38,503 nucleotides of DNA, taken from sequence record DRR378314_1976; one strand, given 5' to 3'. Positions 19,046-29,195 of the stretch are shown here, in pieces. Position 1 is the first letter of the stretch, and each line of letters starts with the position of its first letter. The translations under genes were made by a program, and so were the position numbers. The notes beneath the pieces are model-generated. The model saw nothing but the letters and a program-made list of their open reading frames with translations, did not search any database and was not told where the DNA came from.

Positions 19046-19646
19046 TAAAGTTTTTGTAAATGATAAGCCAATTATCTTAACAGATTCATTAAAAAATGAG
19101 AACAGTTTTCCTGTTTATATTTTTAAGGAAGTGGTTCTGGATGAAATTTTGCACAAACTTAAGCGAGGAAATACATTAGGAATCAATCTTTTTACGCCCA
19201 ATATTGAAGGTGACTGGAAGAAGTTTAAAGAACATTTTAAAGTGGTTCCAGCTGCTGGAGGTTTGGTTGTTAATCCTAATAAAGAATTATTATTTATTTT
19301 TAGATCTAATACATGGGATTTGCCAAAAGGCAGAATAGAAGAAGGTGAATCAATAGAAGAAACTGCAATAAGAGAAGTTGAAGAAGAATGTGGGGCAGAA
19401 AATTTAACATTGATTAAACCTTTAATTACAACACATCACTTATTTTATATGGATAAAATTCAGCAAATGAAAATTACCTATTGGTATTTAATGAAAGCTG
19501 ATTTTCAAAAAAACTTAACACCTCAATTAGAAGAAGGTATTACCCAGGTAGTTTTTAAAAATAAAGAAGAAGTAAAAAGGGCAATGCAAAACACTTATGC
19601 AAATATTAGGTTGGTTTTAAATACATATTATAAAAACGAAATATAA
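19041..19646 (+). CDS. NUDIX hydrolase
   Basis: Nudix box GRIEEGESIEETAIREVEEECG, with AAGG and WDLPKG. Start at MYKVF (19041) or MPQ (19032). Confidence 0.92.
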   Translation: MYKVFVNDKPIILTDSLKNENSFPVYIFKEVVLDEILHKLKRGNTLGINLFTPNIEGDWKKFKEHFKVVPAAGGLVVNPNKELLFIFRSNTWDLPKGRIEEGESIEETAIREVEEECGAENLTLIKPLITTHHLFYMDKIQQMKITYWYLMKADFQKNLTPQLEEGITQVVFKNKEEVKRAMQNTYANIRLVLNTYYKNEI

Positions 19647-19655
19647 AATAAAACC

Positions 19656-19663
19656 TATCTTTG
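19656..19663 (+). promoter_or_regulatory. -7 element for SulP gene
   Basis: TATCTTTG 25 nt upstream of the ATG. Confidence 0.6.
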
Positions 19664-19688
19664 CCGACTTTCAGAAAACCTATTTACC

Positions 19689-21350
19689 ATGATGAAATAT
19701 ATTAAAAGCAAAACGTTAAACATAAAAGACGACACTTTTGCTGGAATTACAGTTTCTTTAGCAATGATTCCAGAAGTTGTTGCGTTTGCTTTTGTTGCTC
19801 AGATAGATCCTTTAGTAGCGCTATCTGGTGCTTTTATTATAGGTTTAATTACTGCAGTTTTTGGAGGAAGACCAGGACTGATTTCTGGTGCGGCTGGAGC
19901 TGTAGCTGTTATTTTTGTAACGATGATTTCTGAAGGACATGCAAAAGGAATGCTTTTAAATACTCCTGTAGATAATATGGGATATTATTATTTATTAGCA
20001 GCTGTAATTTTAATGGGATGTTTTCAAATTGGAGCAGGTTTATTAAAACTAGGTCGTTTTGTGCGTTTAATCCCACATTCTGTAATGATGGGTTTTGTTA
20101 ATGGATTAGCAATTGTAATTTTTATTGCTCAAGTAAAAATGTTTACTCATAAAGAAGCTACAATATCTGCAGAAGGAGTTAAGAGTTATGTGAACATAGC
20201 AATGCACGGAAGTGAATTGTATATAATGTTAGGTTTAGTAGGTTTAACTATGGCAATTATTTGGTTATTACCAAAGTTAACTAAAAAGATTCCCGCAGCA
20301 TTAACAGCAATATTAGTAACAACCGGAATTGTAATTTTTGGAGGTTTAGAAGTAAGTACTGTTGGTTCTTATATAATAGAAGGAGGAGGAAAGGGATTGT
20401 CAGGAGAATTTCCAACTCCAAATACAGAATTGTGGAGAAATTTACCAATTAACTTAGATACATTTATGTTTATTTTACCTTACGCTTTTTTGGCTGCTAG
20501 TGTTGGTTTAATAGAGTCTTTAATGACTATGAATTTAGTTGATGAATTAACCGAATCTCGTGGAAATGGTAATAGAGAGTGTGTTGCTCAAGGAGCTGGA
20601 AATATTATGAGTGGTTTGTTTGGAGGTACTGGTGGCTGTGGTATGATAGGTCAAACGGTAATTAATATTAATGCTGGAGGAAGAGGTAGAGTTTCAGGAA
20701 TTGTTATGTCTTTAACGTTATTAACTTTTATTTTATTTACAGATAAATATATAGAGCAAGTACCGATTGCAGCTTTAGTTGGTGTAATGTTTATGATGGT
20801 AATTGAAACTTTTGCTTGGTCTAGTTTTAGAATTTTAAGAAAAATACCAGCTTCTGATGCATTTGTATTAATAGTGGTTTCTGTGGTTACTGTATTGTTT
20901 GATTTAGCAATTGCAGTATTTGTTGGAGTTATTATTTCTGCCTTAGTTTTTGCATGGGAAAATGCAAAGAAAATTAGAGCAAGAAAACGTGTAAAAGAAG
21001 ATGGTACAAAAGTATATGAGATTTGGGGACCGTTATTTTTTGGAAGTATTTCTGCTTTTAATGAAAAATTTGATCCTAAAAATGACCCCAAAAAGGTAGA
21101 AATTGATTTTGTTGAAGCTAGAATTAGTGATCATTCTGCAATAGAAGCTATTTATGCCTTGGTAGAGAAATATCAAGCTCAGAATAAATCTATAAAACTA
21201 AAACATCTTAGTGAAGATTGTAAAGTCTTGTTGTATAAATCAAGTCCAATTTTTAAAGGGATAATTGAAGAGGCAATTGATGACCCTAGATATCATTTAG
21301 CAGCAAATCCAGAGGATTTTCCAAAACCATTATCAGAATATAAATTTTAA
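19689..21350 (+). CDS. SulP/SLC26 family anion transporter with STAS domain
   Basis: PEVVAFA, GGRPGLISGAAGA, GGCGMIGQTVIN, GPLFFGS, many TM segments. Confidence 0.94.
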   Translation: MMKYIKSKTLNIKDDTFAGITVSLAMIPEVVAFAFVAQIDPLVALSGAFIIGLITAVFGGRPGLISGAAGAVAVIFVTMISEGHAKGMLLNTPVDNMGYYYLLAAVILMGCFQIGAGLLKLGRFVRLIPHSVMMGFVNGLAIVIFIAQVKMFTHKEATISAEGVKSYVNIAMHGSELYIMLGLVGLTMAIIWLLPKLTKKIPAALTAILVTTGIVIFGGLEVSTVGSYIIEGGGKGLSGEFPTPNTELWRNLPINLDTFMFILPYAFLAASVGLIESLMTMNLVDELTESRGNGNRECVAQGAGNIMSGLFGGTGGCGMIGQTVININAGGRGRVSGIVMSLTLLTFILFTDKYIEQVPIAALVGVMFMMVIETFAWSSFRILRKIPASDAFVLIVVSVVTVLFDLAIAVFVGVIISALVFAWENAKKIRARKRVKEDGTKVYEIWGPLFFGSISAFNEKFDPKNDPKKVEIDFVEARISDHSAIEAIYALVEKYQAQNKSIKLKHLSEDCKVLLYKSSPIFKGIIEEAIDDPRYHLAANPEDFPKPLSEYKF

Positions 21351-21958
21351 TGACTAATGAACTTTAGCCATTCATTTGGTGTATTTAAATTTAGAATACA
21401 TAACTCATCAGAAACTTTGACTATTGAAGTTTTTGATGGGTTGTTTTTTTTGATTAGATAGTCTAAACGAGCATCAGAATCAGTTAGATTTATTAGTAAA
21501 AGATTTTTCCAGAAATCATATTTAAGCAGTATTGGATGTCCTCTTTTGTCTTTGTATTTGGGAATTACAATTGTGTTATTTGTCTTTTCCATTAACATTT
21601 GTTCCTTTTGATTAAATAAAGGAACATCAATAGGTAAAATAAAAACGGATTGTTCTTTTTTTAGATGCTTTAAAACAGTCTGTATGTTAGAAAATAACCC
21701 ATATTTAGGTGATGGATTGATAATAACTTTAATGTTTTTTTCTTTAAATTTTACTGGCGTGTTTACAGCTTTTTTTAACCAAGGAATAGCAGAGAAATAC
21801 AATTCTTTGTCAAAACCTAAACCTATAAAAATATCTATACCAATAAATTTCTCTATTTGAGAAAGAATCCAATATTGATTATTATGTTTTAATAAGCCTT
21901 TTGGTATTCCCATTCTAGATGATTTTCCGCCAGCAAGTATCATCAAAGAAGATTTCAT
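21347..21958 (-). CDS. MobA/MocA-like nucleotidyltransferase (probable molybdenum cofactor cytidylyltransferase)
   Basis: ILAGGKSSRMG.PK.LL, DVP, GHPIL, NLNTP; downstream of a Mo-enzyme. Confidence 0.8.
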   Translation of the reverse strand: MKSSLMILAGGKSSRMGIPKGLLKHNNQYWILSQIEKFIGIDIFIGLGFDKELYFSAIPWLKKAVNTPVKFKEKNIKVIINPSPKYGLFSNIQTVLKHLKKEQSVFILPIDVPLFNQKEQMLMEKTNNTIVIPKYKDKRGHPILLKYDFWKNLLLINLTDSDARLDYLIKKNNPSKTSIVKVSDELCILNLNTPNEWLKFISH

Positions 21959-22237
21959 TTAATTAGATATTATGTACATCCAAAGCGTAAAGTTGAAAAG
22001 AATAATAGCATTTACAAGTAGTGTTACCTTATTATAAGCCGACTTTTTCTGTTTGAAAAAGTATTTGTTTAATGAAATTATCAACCAAATAAAACTACTA
22101 AAATAAAGAATGATGATTCCATAATGATACGCAGAAAACACGTTGGTTGTAGAATTTCCAAAAATAACATAGATCAAATATATCAATCCAATTCCAGTTG
22201 CATAAAACCTAACTATATCTATAAGTCCTTTTTTCAT
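21959..22237 (-). CDS. Small hypothetical membrane protein (about 3 TM helices)
   Basis: 92-aa hydrophobic ORF whose stop abuts the MocA-like start. Confidence 0.6.
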   Translation of the reverse strand: MKKGLIDIVRFYATGIGLIYLIYVIFGNSTTNVFSAYHYGIIILYFSSFIWLIISLNKYFFKQKKSAYNKVTLLVNAIILFNFTLWMYIISN

Positions 22238-22265
22238 AAAAAGATTCCCGCCGAAGCGGGAAAAA
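22238..22265 (-). terminator. GC-rich hairpin / probable terminator after the IorB-like gene
   Basis: Minus strand ttcccgc-ttcg-gcgggaa followed by tcttttt. Confidence 0.65.
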
Positions 22266-22277
22266 TAATTTTATTGA

Positions 22278-24470
22278 TTATACAATTCCGTGATCAGATA
22301 ATGGTAGAGTTCGATATCGTTTTCCTGTAGCATTAAAAATAGCATTTACAATAGCTGGTGCAATTGGAGGAACACCTGGCTCTCCAACACCAGTTGGTGC
22401 TTCATCACTATCAACAATAGTTATATCTATTGGCGGCACTTCGTGCATTCTTGTCATGGTATAGTCATGGAAATTACTTTGTTCAATGGCACCGTCTTTG
22501 GCAGTGATTTTTCCATGCAAAGCAATTGACATTCCAAAAACAGCAGCTCCTTCCATTTGATTTAAAACATTGTCTCTGTTTAGTACTAATCCACAATCTA
22601 AAGCTGTCCATATATTATGTACTTTCACTTTATCATTAATTACAGATACTTCTACAACAGAAGCAACATAACTGTAAAAGCTGTAATAAAAAGCGATTCC
22701 TAAACCATGACCTTTAGGTAATTCTCTTCCCCATTTTGCTTTTTTAGCAGCAATATGCATTACATTTTTTAAACGTTTTGTATTTAATGGATGAGGAGAT
22801 TTTTCTTCTCTTACTCGATCTTTTCCTATTAGGTTTAGTTTAAACTGTAGAGGATCTTTTTCTGCAGCATTGGCTAATTCATCAATAAAAGAATTAATTC
22901 CGAAACTGTGAAAAATAGCACATACAGAACGTAGCCATCCAATTCTAACATGAGGTTCTGCTTTGCCATTTTCGTAACGTGTATTTGCAATTTCAAAAGG
23001 ATTGTTATTCATACCCTGACCAATTTCCCATCCAGCAGCATAATTTGCTCCAGGCATAAAAGTTGAATTAATACTCGGAAAAGCAGTTCTATGCAACCAT
23101 CCAGTAACATCTCCTTTTTGATCTAGTGATGCTTTTAAATATTGTGCATTTGTAGTATGAAAATATCCATGTTGGATATCGTCTTCTCTTGTCCAAACAA
23201 TCTGTACTGGAGCATTCATTTTCTTAGATAAAGCAACTGCTTCTACTACGAAATCTGGTTTCGATTTTCGTCCAAATCCTCCACCTAAAAAAGTTACGTT
23301 AATTGTTACGTTTTCTTTGTCAATTCCTAAAAATTTAGCTGCTTCTTCTCTAGCAGATTGAGGTGATTGAACTGGAGCCCAAACTTCACACTTTCCATCA
23401 TGCACCCATGCCAATGCATTAGGAACTTCCATAGGAGCATGTGCTAAATGTGGTAATTGATACGTTGCCTCAATAGTTTTTGTAGCATTAGAAAAAGCTT
23501 TGTTTATATTGCCATTTGTTGGTGGTACAACTTTAGCTCTTGCATGAACTCTATTGGTTAATTTTTGAGTATAGTTTTTGCTATTATATTTACTGTTACT
23601 GCCAAAATTCCATTCAATCTCTAAGTTGTTTTTGCCTTGTATGGCTGACCATGTATTAGAGGCGATTACAGCAATTCCTCCTAGCATTCCAAAAGGTCTT
23701 TTTACTCTGTCAACCTCAAATACGTCTTCAACACCAGCTATTTTTAGAGCTGCTGTTTTGTCAAAACTTTTAACAGTTCCAAATGCTGAAGGACAACGTG
23801 CAATAACTGCAAATTTCATATTAGGTAAACGAGCATCTATTCCATAAGTTGCAGATCCATGAGTAAAGTCTTTAATGTCTATACTCTTTAGTTTTTTACC
23901 AATATATTTAAAATCCTTTTTGTCTTTTAATTTTACCTTTTCTGGGACCTTTATGGTCATAGCTCCTTCAACTAAATCTCCAAAAAAGATCTTTTTATTG
24001 TTCTTTTTATTAATTACAAAATGGTTTTCTGCTTTACAATCTGTCGCAGCTACTTGCCATTTTTTGGCAGCAGCTTCTATTAAAATTGCTTTAGCTGTTG
24101 CACCCATTTTACGCATTGGTTCTAAAATAGTTCTTACACTACGAGAACCATCTGTGTTTTGATTTCCAAATTTCTTATTTCCTGTTGCTTGCTCTACAGA
24201 AACATATTTCCAATCAGCTTCCATTTCATCAGCAATAGCAGAAGTAAGTGAGGTTCTGATTCCTTGCCCCATCTCAGAACGAGCACACAATAGAATCAAT
24301 TTACCATCTTTTTTTAACTGAATAAATAAATTAGGAGCAAATGTGGTTCCGTCATCAATTCGTACAATTTCTTTTTCTGATGTAAATTGACATCCAATAA
24401 TTAATCCTCCAGAAGCTAAACCAAAAACTTTAACAAAATTTCTACGGCTCATATTTTGAATACCTTCCAT
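22278..24470 (-). CDS. Xanthine dehydrogenase family molybdopterin-binding subunit (IorB-like), Tat signal
   Basis: SRRNFVK Tat motif, [42 protein letters not shown]. Confidence 0.93.
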   Translation of the reverse strand: MEGIQNMSRRNFVKVFGLASGGLIIGCQFTSEKEIVRIDDGTTFAPNLFIQLKKDGKLILLCARSEMGQGIRTSLTSAIADEMEADWKYVSVEQATGNKKFGNQNTDGSRSVRTILEPMRKMGATAKAILIEAAAKKWQVAATDCKAENHFVINKKNNKKIFFGDLVEGAMTIKVPEKVKLKDKKDFKYIGKKLKSIDIKDFTHGSATYGIDARLPNMKFAVIARCPSAFGTVKSFDKTAALKIAGVEDVFEVDRVKRPFGMLGGIAVIASNTWSAIQGKNNLEIEWNFGSNSKYNSKNYTQKLTNRVHARAKVVPPTNGNINKAFSNATKTIEATYQLPHLAHAPMEVPNALAWVHDGKCEVWAPVQSPQSAREEAAKFLGIDKENVTINVTFLGGGFGRKSKPDFVVEAVALSKKMNAPVQIVWTREDDIQHGYFHTTNAQYLKASLDQKGDVTGWLHRTAFPSINSTFMPGANYAAGWEIGQGMNNNPFEIANTRYENGKAEPHVRIGWLRSVCAIFHSFGINSFIDELANAAEKDPLQFKLNLIGKDRVREEKSPHPLNTKRLKNVMHIAAKKAKWGRELPKGHGLGIAFYYSFYSYVASVVEVSVINDKVKVHNIWTALDCGLVLNRDNVLNQMEGAAVFGMSIALHGKITAKDGAIEQSNFHDYTMTRMHEVPPIDITIVDSDEAPTGVGEPGVPPIAPAIVNAIFNATGKRYRTLPLSDHGIV

Positions 24471-24472
24471 AT

Positions 24473-24928
24473 CTATTTATTTTTAAGTTTAATTGCTTTA
24501 TGAATAGCTTTTCTTATTCTAGGATACGTTCCGCATCTACATATGTTTCCGCTCATAGCATTGTCAATGTCTTCATCTGTAGGGTTTGGATTGCTATTCA
24601 ATAAAGAAGTTGCTGCAATTAATTGCCCAGATTGACAATATCCACATTGAGGTACATTTATTTCTTCCCAGGCTTCTCTTAAATATTCAAGATTTTTAGA
24701 TTCTCCTTCTATTGTTGTAATTTGTTTTCCATAACCATAGCTTACAGGTAAGCTACATGATCTAACTACTTCATTGTCAATAAGAATAGAGCAAGCGCCA
24801 CATTGGCTTACTCCACAGCCATATTTTGTGCCTGTTAACCCTATAATATCTCTAATTGCCCACAATAGAGGCATATCTGAAGGAGCATCTATATTGTGAC
24901 TTTTTCCGTTAATTGTGAGTGTTTTCAA
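24473..24928 (-). CDS. [2Fe-2S]-binding subunit (IorA-like)
   Basis: GTKYGCGVSQCGACS, RSC, QCGYCQSGQ, NICRCGTY; TTG start. Confidence 0.94.
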   Translation of the reverse strand: MKTLTINGKSHNIDAPSDMPLLWAIRDIIGLTGTKYGCGVSQCGACSILIDNEVVRSCSLPVSYGYGKQITTIEGESKNLEYLREAWEEINVPQCGYCQSGQLIAATSLLNSNPNPTDEDIDNAMSGNICRCGTYPRIRKAIHKAIKLKNK

Positions 24929-25127
24929 TTGGTTGATTTTTTATGCTTACTAAGTTACATTTTTTTTAAAGGATTTTGAAAATTTAACTGAATTTAACTT
25001 TTAAAGGGTTTTTATATAATTAATAGGTTGATAGTTTTTTTAGGCTCTTTAAAAAAGGTATATTAGCAATAATGCTAAAAAATGGAGGGTATTCTCTAAT
25101 TTATTGCATAAGAAATAATAAAAACGA

Positions 25128-25709
25128 TTGGATTCCAGTAGAAAAACATCAAAAGACTTAAATACACTTTCAGAATTAGTTCAAGTTCTTGATGAAGTAG
25201 ATAGGAAAAATTACACAAGCATTTTAAAATCATTACAATTACCAAGTACAGAATTTGAGAAATTTGCATCTTGGTCTGATACCTGTTATACAAGAAATTG
25301 TATTGCTGAAAATGAGAAATTTGAGTTGATTTTGATTTGTTGGCAAGAAGGGCAAGAAACTTCTATACACGATCATGGTGGAGAAGAATGTTGGGTAAAT
25401 ATTATTGAAGGAAAGTTTATAGAAGATATCTATAAAAAAAATGATGAAGGAAAACTTGAAATCATGAAAACTAGTAAATCTGAAAAAGGCGCTGTTACTT
25501 ATATGGTAGACTTTATGGGATATCATAGTTTAAAAAATAATTCTCAAGCAAGAAGTATGTCTTTGCACTTATATGCCAAGCCTATTAGAAACTGTAATGT
25601 TTATGATTCAGAAAATAATTCGTTTAGTCGTAAGGAATTATCCTATGATAACGTCGAAAAGAACAAAGAGTTAAATAAAATAAATAAAGAAAGTATATGT
25701 CTGAATTAA
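25128..25709 (+). CDS. Cysteine dioxygenase (Arg-type, retains crosslink Cys)
   Basis: YTRN, CWQEGQETSIHDHGGEEC, GYH, SLHLY; TTG start. Confidence 0.9.
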   Translation: MDSSRKTSKDLNTLSELVQVLDEVDRKNYTSILKSLQLPSTEFEKFASWSDTCYTRNCIAENEKFELILICWQEGQETSIHDHGGEECWVNIIEGKFIEDIYKKNDEGKLEIMKTSKSEKGAVTYMVDFMGYHSLKNNSQARSMSLHLYAKPIRNCNVYDSENNSFSRKELSYDNVEKNKELNKINKESICLN

Positions 25710-27085
25710 GTAATGATTTAATTCTATTTAATGAGTTAGTAGAAGTTTTATTAAAAGAAGAAGAAAATCATCCAGTTGCAAAGCGAATTGATTCAGTCGA
25801 ATTATATAACACTATAGATTTATCTTTAAATGAAACATCATTATTAGATGATCAATTTAAAATTGTTTTAAAAGAAGTGCTAATTGCTACTCCAAAAACC
25901 GCAACCAATTTATTTTTCAATCAATTATTTGGAGGTAGACAAAGTAAAGCTGTTTTGGGAGATTTATTAGCAGTTTTATTAAATAATAGTATGTATACCT
26001 ATAAAGTGGCTGGACCACAAGTAGGAATTGAACAAGAAATCATTAGAAAATCTTGTGATATGATTGGTTATGGGGATCAAAGTAATGGGACATTTCCAAC
26101 TGGAGGATCTATGAGTAATTATATGGCTTTGATTATGGCAAGAGACGCCAAAGATCCTGCTTGTAGACATGAAGGGATTACCAAATCTATGATAATGTAT
26201 ACATCTAAAGAGTCTCATTACTCTAACGCTAAAAACGCAAGTTTTGCGGGTTTAGGAAGAAAAAACGTAAGATATATAGCTTCTGATGAGAAAGGAAAAA
26301 TGATTCCAGAAAAATTAGAAGAACAGATATTAATCGATTTAGAGAATGGATTAACTCCAACATTTGTTAATGCAACTGCTGGAACAACAGTTTTAGGAGC
26401 TTTTGATCCTATAGATGCACTTGCAGATATTTCAGAAAAATATAAAATATGGCTTCATGTAGATGGTGCTTATTGTGGTTCTGTAATGTTTAGTGATGCA
26501 AAAAAGCATCTTTTAAAAGGAGTCGAAAGGTCTAATTCATTTAGTTATAATGCTCATAAAATGATTGGAACACCTATGACATGTTCTATTATTTTGGTAA
26601 ATGATAAAAAGCAACTGCACGATTCTTTTAGTAATGAAGCAGATTATTTATACCAAACTGATGGAGATGATTTTAATTTAGGAAAAACATCTTTTCAATG
26701 TGGTAGAAGAAACGATGCATTAAAATTTTGGACTTTATGGAAGTCTTTAGGAACCAATGGATTAAAGACAATTGTAGATCAGCAATTTGATTTAGCAGAA
26801 GTAGCAAGAAACTATGTTGCAAACCATCCAGATTATACCTTGTACAGTTTTGAAGATTCTATATCAATATGTTTTAATTATAAGGGGATTGATCCGAAGA
26901 CTTTGTGTACTTTATTGTATCAGTATCAAATAACAGTAGTTGGTTTTGGAGCGTTTAAAGAAAAAGAATTTGTGAGATTAGTTACCATTAACGCTACAAA
27001 TTCTAAAGAGGATATACTTAACTTCTTTAAAGTTTTAGAGAGTTTTGTTGAAGAAAATGAATCTGTTTTAGAGGCAGTATATTAA
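25697..27085 (+). CDS. Group II PLP-dependent decarboxylase, probable cysteine sulfinic acid decarboxylase
   Basis: FFNQLF-x19-SMY, GGSMSN, SHYS, TAGTTVLGAFD, LHVDGA, NAHK (PLP Lys), QCGRR; 13-nt overlap with the CDO gene. Confidence 0.85.
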   Translation: MSELSNDLILFNELVEVLLKEEENHPVAKRIDSVELYNTIDLSLNETSLLDDQFKIVLKEVLIATPKTATNLFFNQLFGGRQSKAVLGDLLAVLLNNSMYTYKVAGPQVGIEQEIIRKSCDMIGYGDQSNGTFPTGGSMSNYMALIMARDAKDPACRHEGITKSMIMYTSKESHYSNAKNASFAGLGRKNVRYIASDEKGKMIPEKLEEQILIDLENGLTPTFVNATAGTTVLGAFDPIDALADISEKYKIWLHVDGAYCGSVMFSDAKKHLLKGVERSNSFSYNAHKMIGTPMTCSIILVNDKKQLHDSFSNEADYLYQTDGDDFNLGKTSFQCGRRNDALKFWTLWKSLGTNGLKTIVDQQFDLAEVARNYVANHPDYTLYSFEDSISICFNYKGIDPKTLCTLLYQYQITVVGFGAFKEKEFVRLVTINATNSKEDILNFFKVLESFVEENESVLEAVY

Positions 27086-27092
27086 GTCATGC

Positions 27093-27560
27093 TTACTGCT
27101 GTTTAAAATATTCTGCAACAGATTTTGGCAACAAACTAGATGCATCACCACCGTTTCTAACTACGTCTCTTACTATAGAAGAGCTGATGTATGAAGTTTC
27201 TGCACTTGTTAAAAGAAAAACAGTTTCTATGCCAGATAATTTTCTATTGGTTTGGGCAATAGCTTTTTCAAATTCAAAATCGGCAGGATTACGTAATCCA
27301 CGTAAAATGAAATCAGCATTGATAGATTTACAATAATCAACAGTTAAACCAGTGTAAGTTTCTACTGTGATTTTTTGTTCGGCAAAAAAAGCATTCTGAA
27401 TAAATCTTTTACGTTCATCAACAGAAAACATGTAATTCTTTTTTGCGTTGATTCCGATTGCTATAACAATTTCATCAAATAATGGCAAGCTTCTAGAAAT
27501 AATATCTACATGTCCTAATGTAATTGGATCAAATGAACCAGGGAAAACTGCTTTTTTCAT
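27093..27560 (-). CDS. coaD: Pantetheine-phosphate adenylyltransferase
   Basis: PGSFDPITLGH, RGLR..DFEFE, ISSSIVR. Confidence 0.97.
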   Translation of the reverse strand: MKKAVFPGSFDPITLGHVDIISRSLPLFDEIVIAIGINAKKNYMFSVDERKRFIQNAFFAEQKITVETYTGLTVDYCKSINADFILRGLRNPADFEFEKAIAQTNRKLSGIETVFLLTSAETSYISSSIVRDVVRNGGDASSLLPKSVAEYFKQQ

Positions 27561-27567
27561 TTTGTTT

Positions 27568-28542
27568 TTATTTTAATGCCGATTGAATAGCGTTATCAAA
27601 TAAATCTGATAAACTAATATTGGCTTTGTTTGCTTGTTGAGGTAAAATACTTTCTTCAGTTAAACCGGGTACTGTATTCATTTCTAAAAAATGAGGTTCA
27701 CCATTTACTAATATATATTCTGATCTTGAAAAACCGCTCATGTTTAAAATTTTGTAAACTCTTTTTGAAATTTCTGCAACTTTTTTATGCGCTTCCTCTG
27801 AGATTCTAGCAGGTGTAATTTCTTCCGATTTCCCTTCGTATTTTGCTTCATAATCAAAGAAATCATTTTCTGTAACAATTTCTGTCATGGGTAATACTTT
27901 AATTACTCCTTGATGTTCTATAACACCAACAGAAATTTCTGGTCCATCTAAAAAACTTTCTATTAAAATTTCATTATCCTCTTTGTATGCTTTTTCAATT
28001 CCTGTAATTATTTCGGATGCTTTATGTACTTTTGAAATTCCAAAACTAGAACCAGCATTATTTGGTTTAATAAAACAGGGAATTCCAACTTTTTCTATAA
28101 TTTTAGCAATATCAATCTGATCACCCTTATTTAAGTATACTGAAGTTGCAGTCTTTATTCCGTAGTTTCTAACAACACTTAACGTATCTCTTTTGTTAAA
28201 AGTTAATGCCATTTGATAAGCAGGTGCAGATGTGTGTTTTAGTCCAATTAAATCAAAATATGCTAAGATCTTTCCATCTTCTCCCGGTGTTCCATGAATG
28301 GCATTAAAAACACAATCAAAAGTAATTTTCTGTTCATTTACAATGACAGAAAAATCATTTTTATCAATAGTAAATTCATGAGAGTCATGATTTATATACA
28401 CCCATTTGTCTTTTAAAACATGTATACAATAAGGTGTGTACTTTAGTCTATCTAAATGATTGTAAACCACATTTCCGCTTTTTATGGAAATGTGTACTTC
28501 AGAGGAATATCCTCCCATAATAATGGCAATGTTTTTTTTCAT
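27568..28542 (-). CDS. ddl: D-alanine--D-alanine ligase
   Basis: GGYSSE..IS, HGTPGEDG, KP..AGSSFG, FDYEAKY, EMNTVPG. Confidence 0.96.
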   Translation of the reverse strand: MKKNIAIIMGGYSSEVHISIKSGNVVYNHLDRLKYTPYCIHVLKDKWVYINHDSHEFTIDKNDFSVIVNEQKITFDCVFNAIHGTPGEDGKILAYFDLIGLKHTSAPAYQMALTFNKRDTLSVVRNYGIKTATSVYLNKGDQIDIAKIIEKVGIPCFIKPNNAGSSFGISKVHKASEIITGIEKAYKEDNEILIESFLDGPEISVGVIEHQGVIKVLPMTEIVTENDFFDYEAKYEGKSEEITPARISEEAHKKVAEISKRVYKILNMSGFSRSEYILVNGEPHFLEMNTVPGLTEESILPQQANKANISLSDLFDNAIQSALK

Positions 28543-28564
28543 TGTAGTTTTTTCGATACTAAAA

Positions 28565-28616
28565 CAAATTTATCAAAATATAAATAGAAAGACTAACGTT
28601 TGGTTTTATATCTTTG
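28565..28616. promoter_or_regulatory. Divergent -7 elements for ddl-coaD and PASTA-rluD
   Basis: TAAATTTG on minus (28565-28572) and TATCTTTG on plus (28609-28616). Confidence 0.6.
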
Positions 28617-28636
28617 TTCCTATTAAAAAATTGACC

Positions 28637-29194
28637 ATGAGTTTATTTCAATTTATTAAAAGTAAATCTTTTTTCAAGCAAGTAGCTATTGCTATTGGAT
28701 CTCTATTGCTGTTTATATTTACTTTGCAGTGGTGGTTTGGTTTTACAACAAATCACGATCAGAAAATACAAGTTCCAGATTTACATAAAATGGAGTTGTC
28801 AGAAGTTGAAGCAAAACTAAAAGAGTTTGATTTGCGTTTTGAAGTGATTGATTCTGCTAGTTATAACCCTTCTTACCCAAATAAATCTGTAATTGAGCAA
28901 AATCCAGAAGCAGGAGATTTTGTAAAAGAAAATAGAAAGATATATTTAACAATAAATCCGTCTAAATATAGAGATATTATTTTGCCAGATTTAAATGGTA
29001 GAACAAAAAGACAAGCCATTACACATTTATTATCTATCGGATTTAAAGTTGGAGAAGCATTTTCTTTTGTTCCAGATATTGGTAAAGATGTGGTAAGAGG
29101 ATTTAAGTTTAAAGAGAAAAAAGTTAAACCAGGAGTGAAATTACCAAAAACATCGGTAATCGATTTAATTTTAGGAGACGGAAAAGGTAAATAA
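28637..29194 (+). CDS. PASTA domain-containing membrane protein
   Basis: N-terminal TM, VPDL, VIEQNPEAG..VK..RKIYL, LPDLNG. Start set at MSLFQF (28637). Confidence 0.88.
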   Translation: MSLFQFIKSKSFFKQVAIAIGSLLLFIFTLQWWFGFTTNHDQKIQVPDLHKMELSEVEAKLKEFDLRFEVIDSASYNPSYPNKSVIEQNPEAGDFVKENRKIYLTINPSKYRDIILPDLNGRTKRQAITHLLSIGFKVGEAFSFVPDIGKDVVRGFKFKEKKVKPGVKLPKTSVIDLILGDGKGK

Positions 29195-29195
29195 C

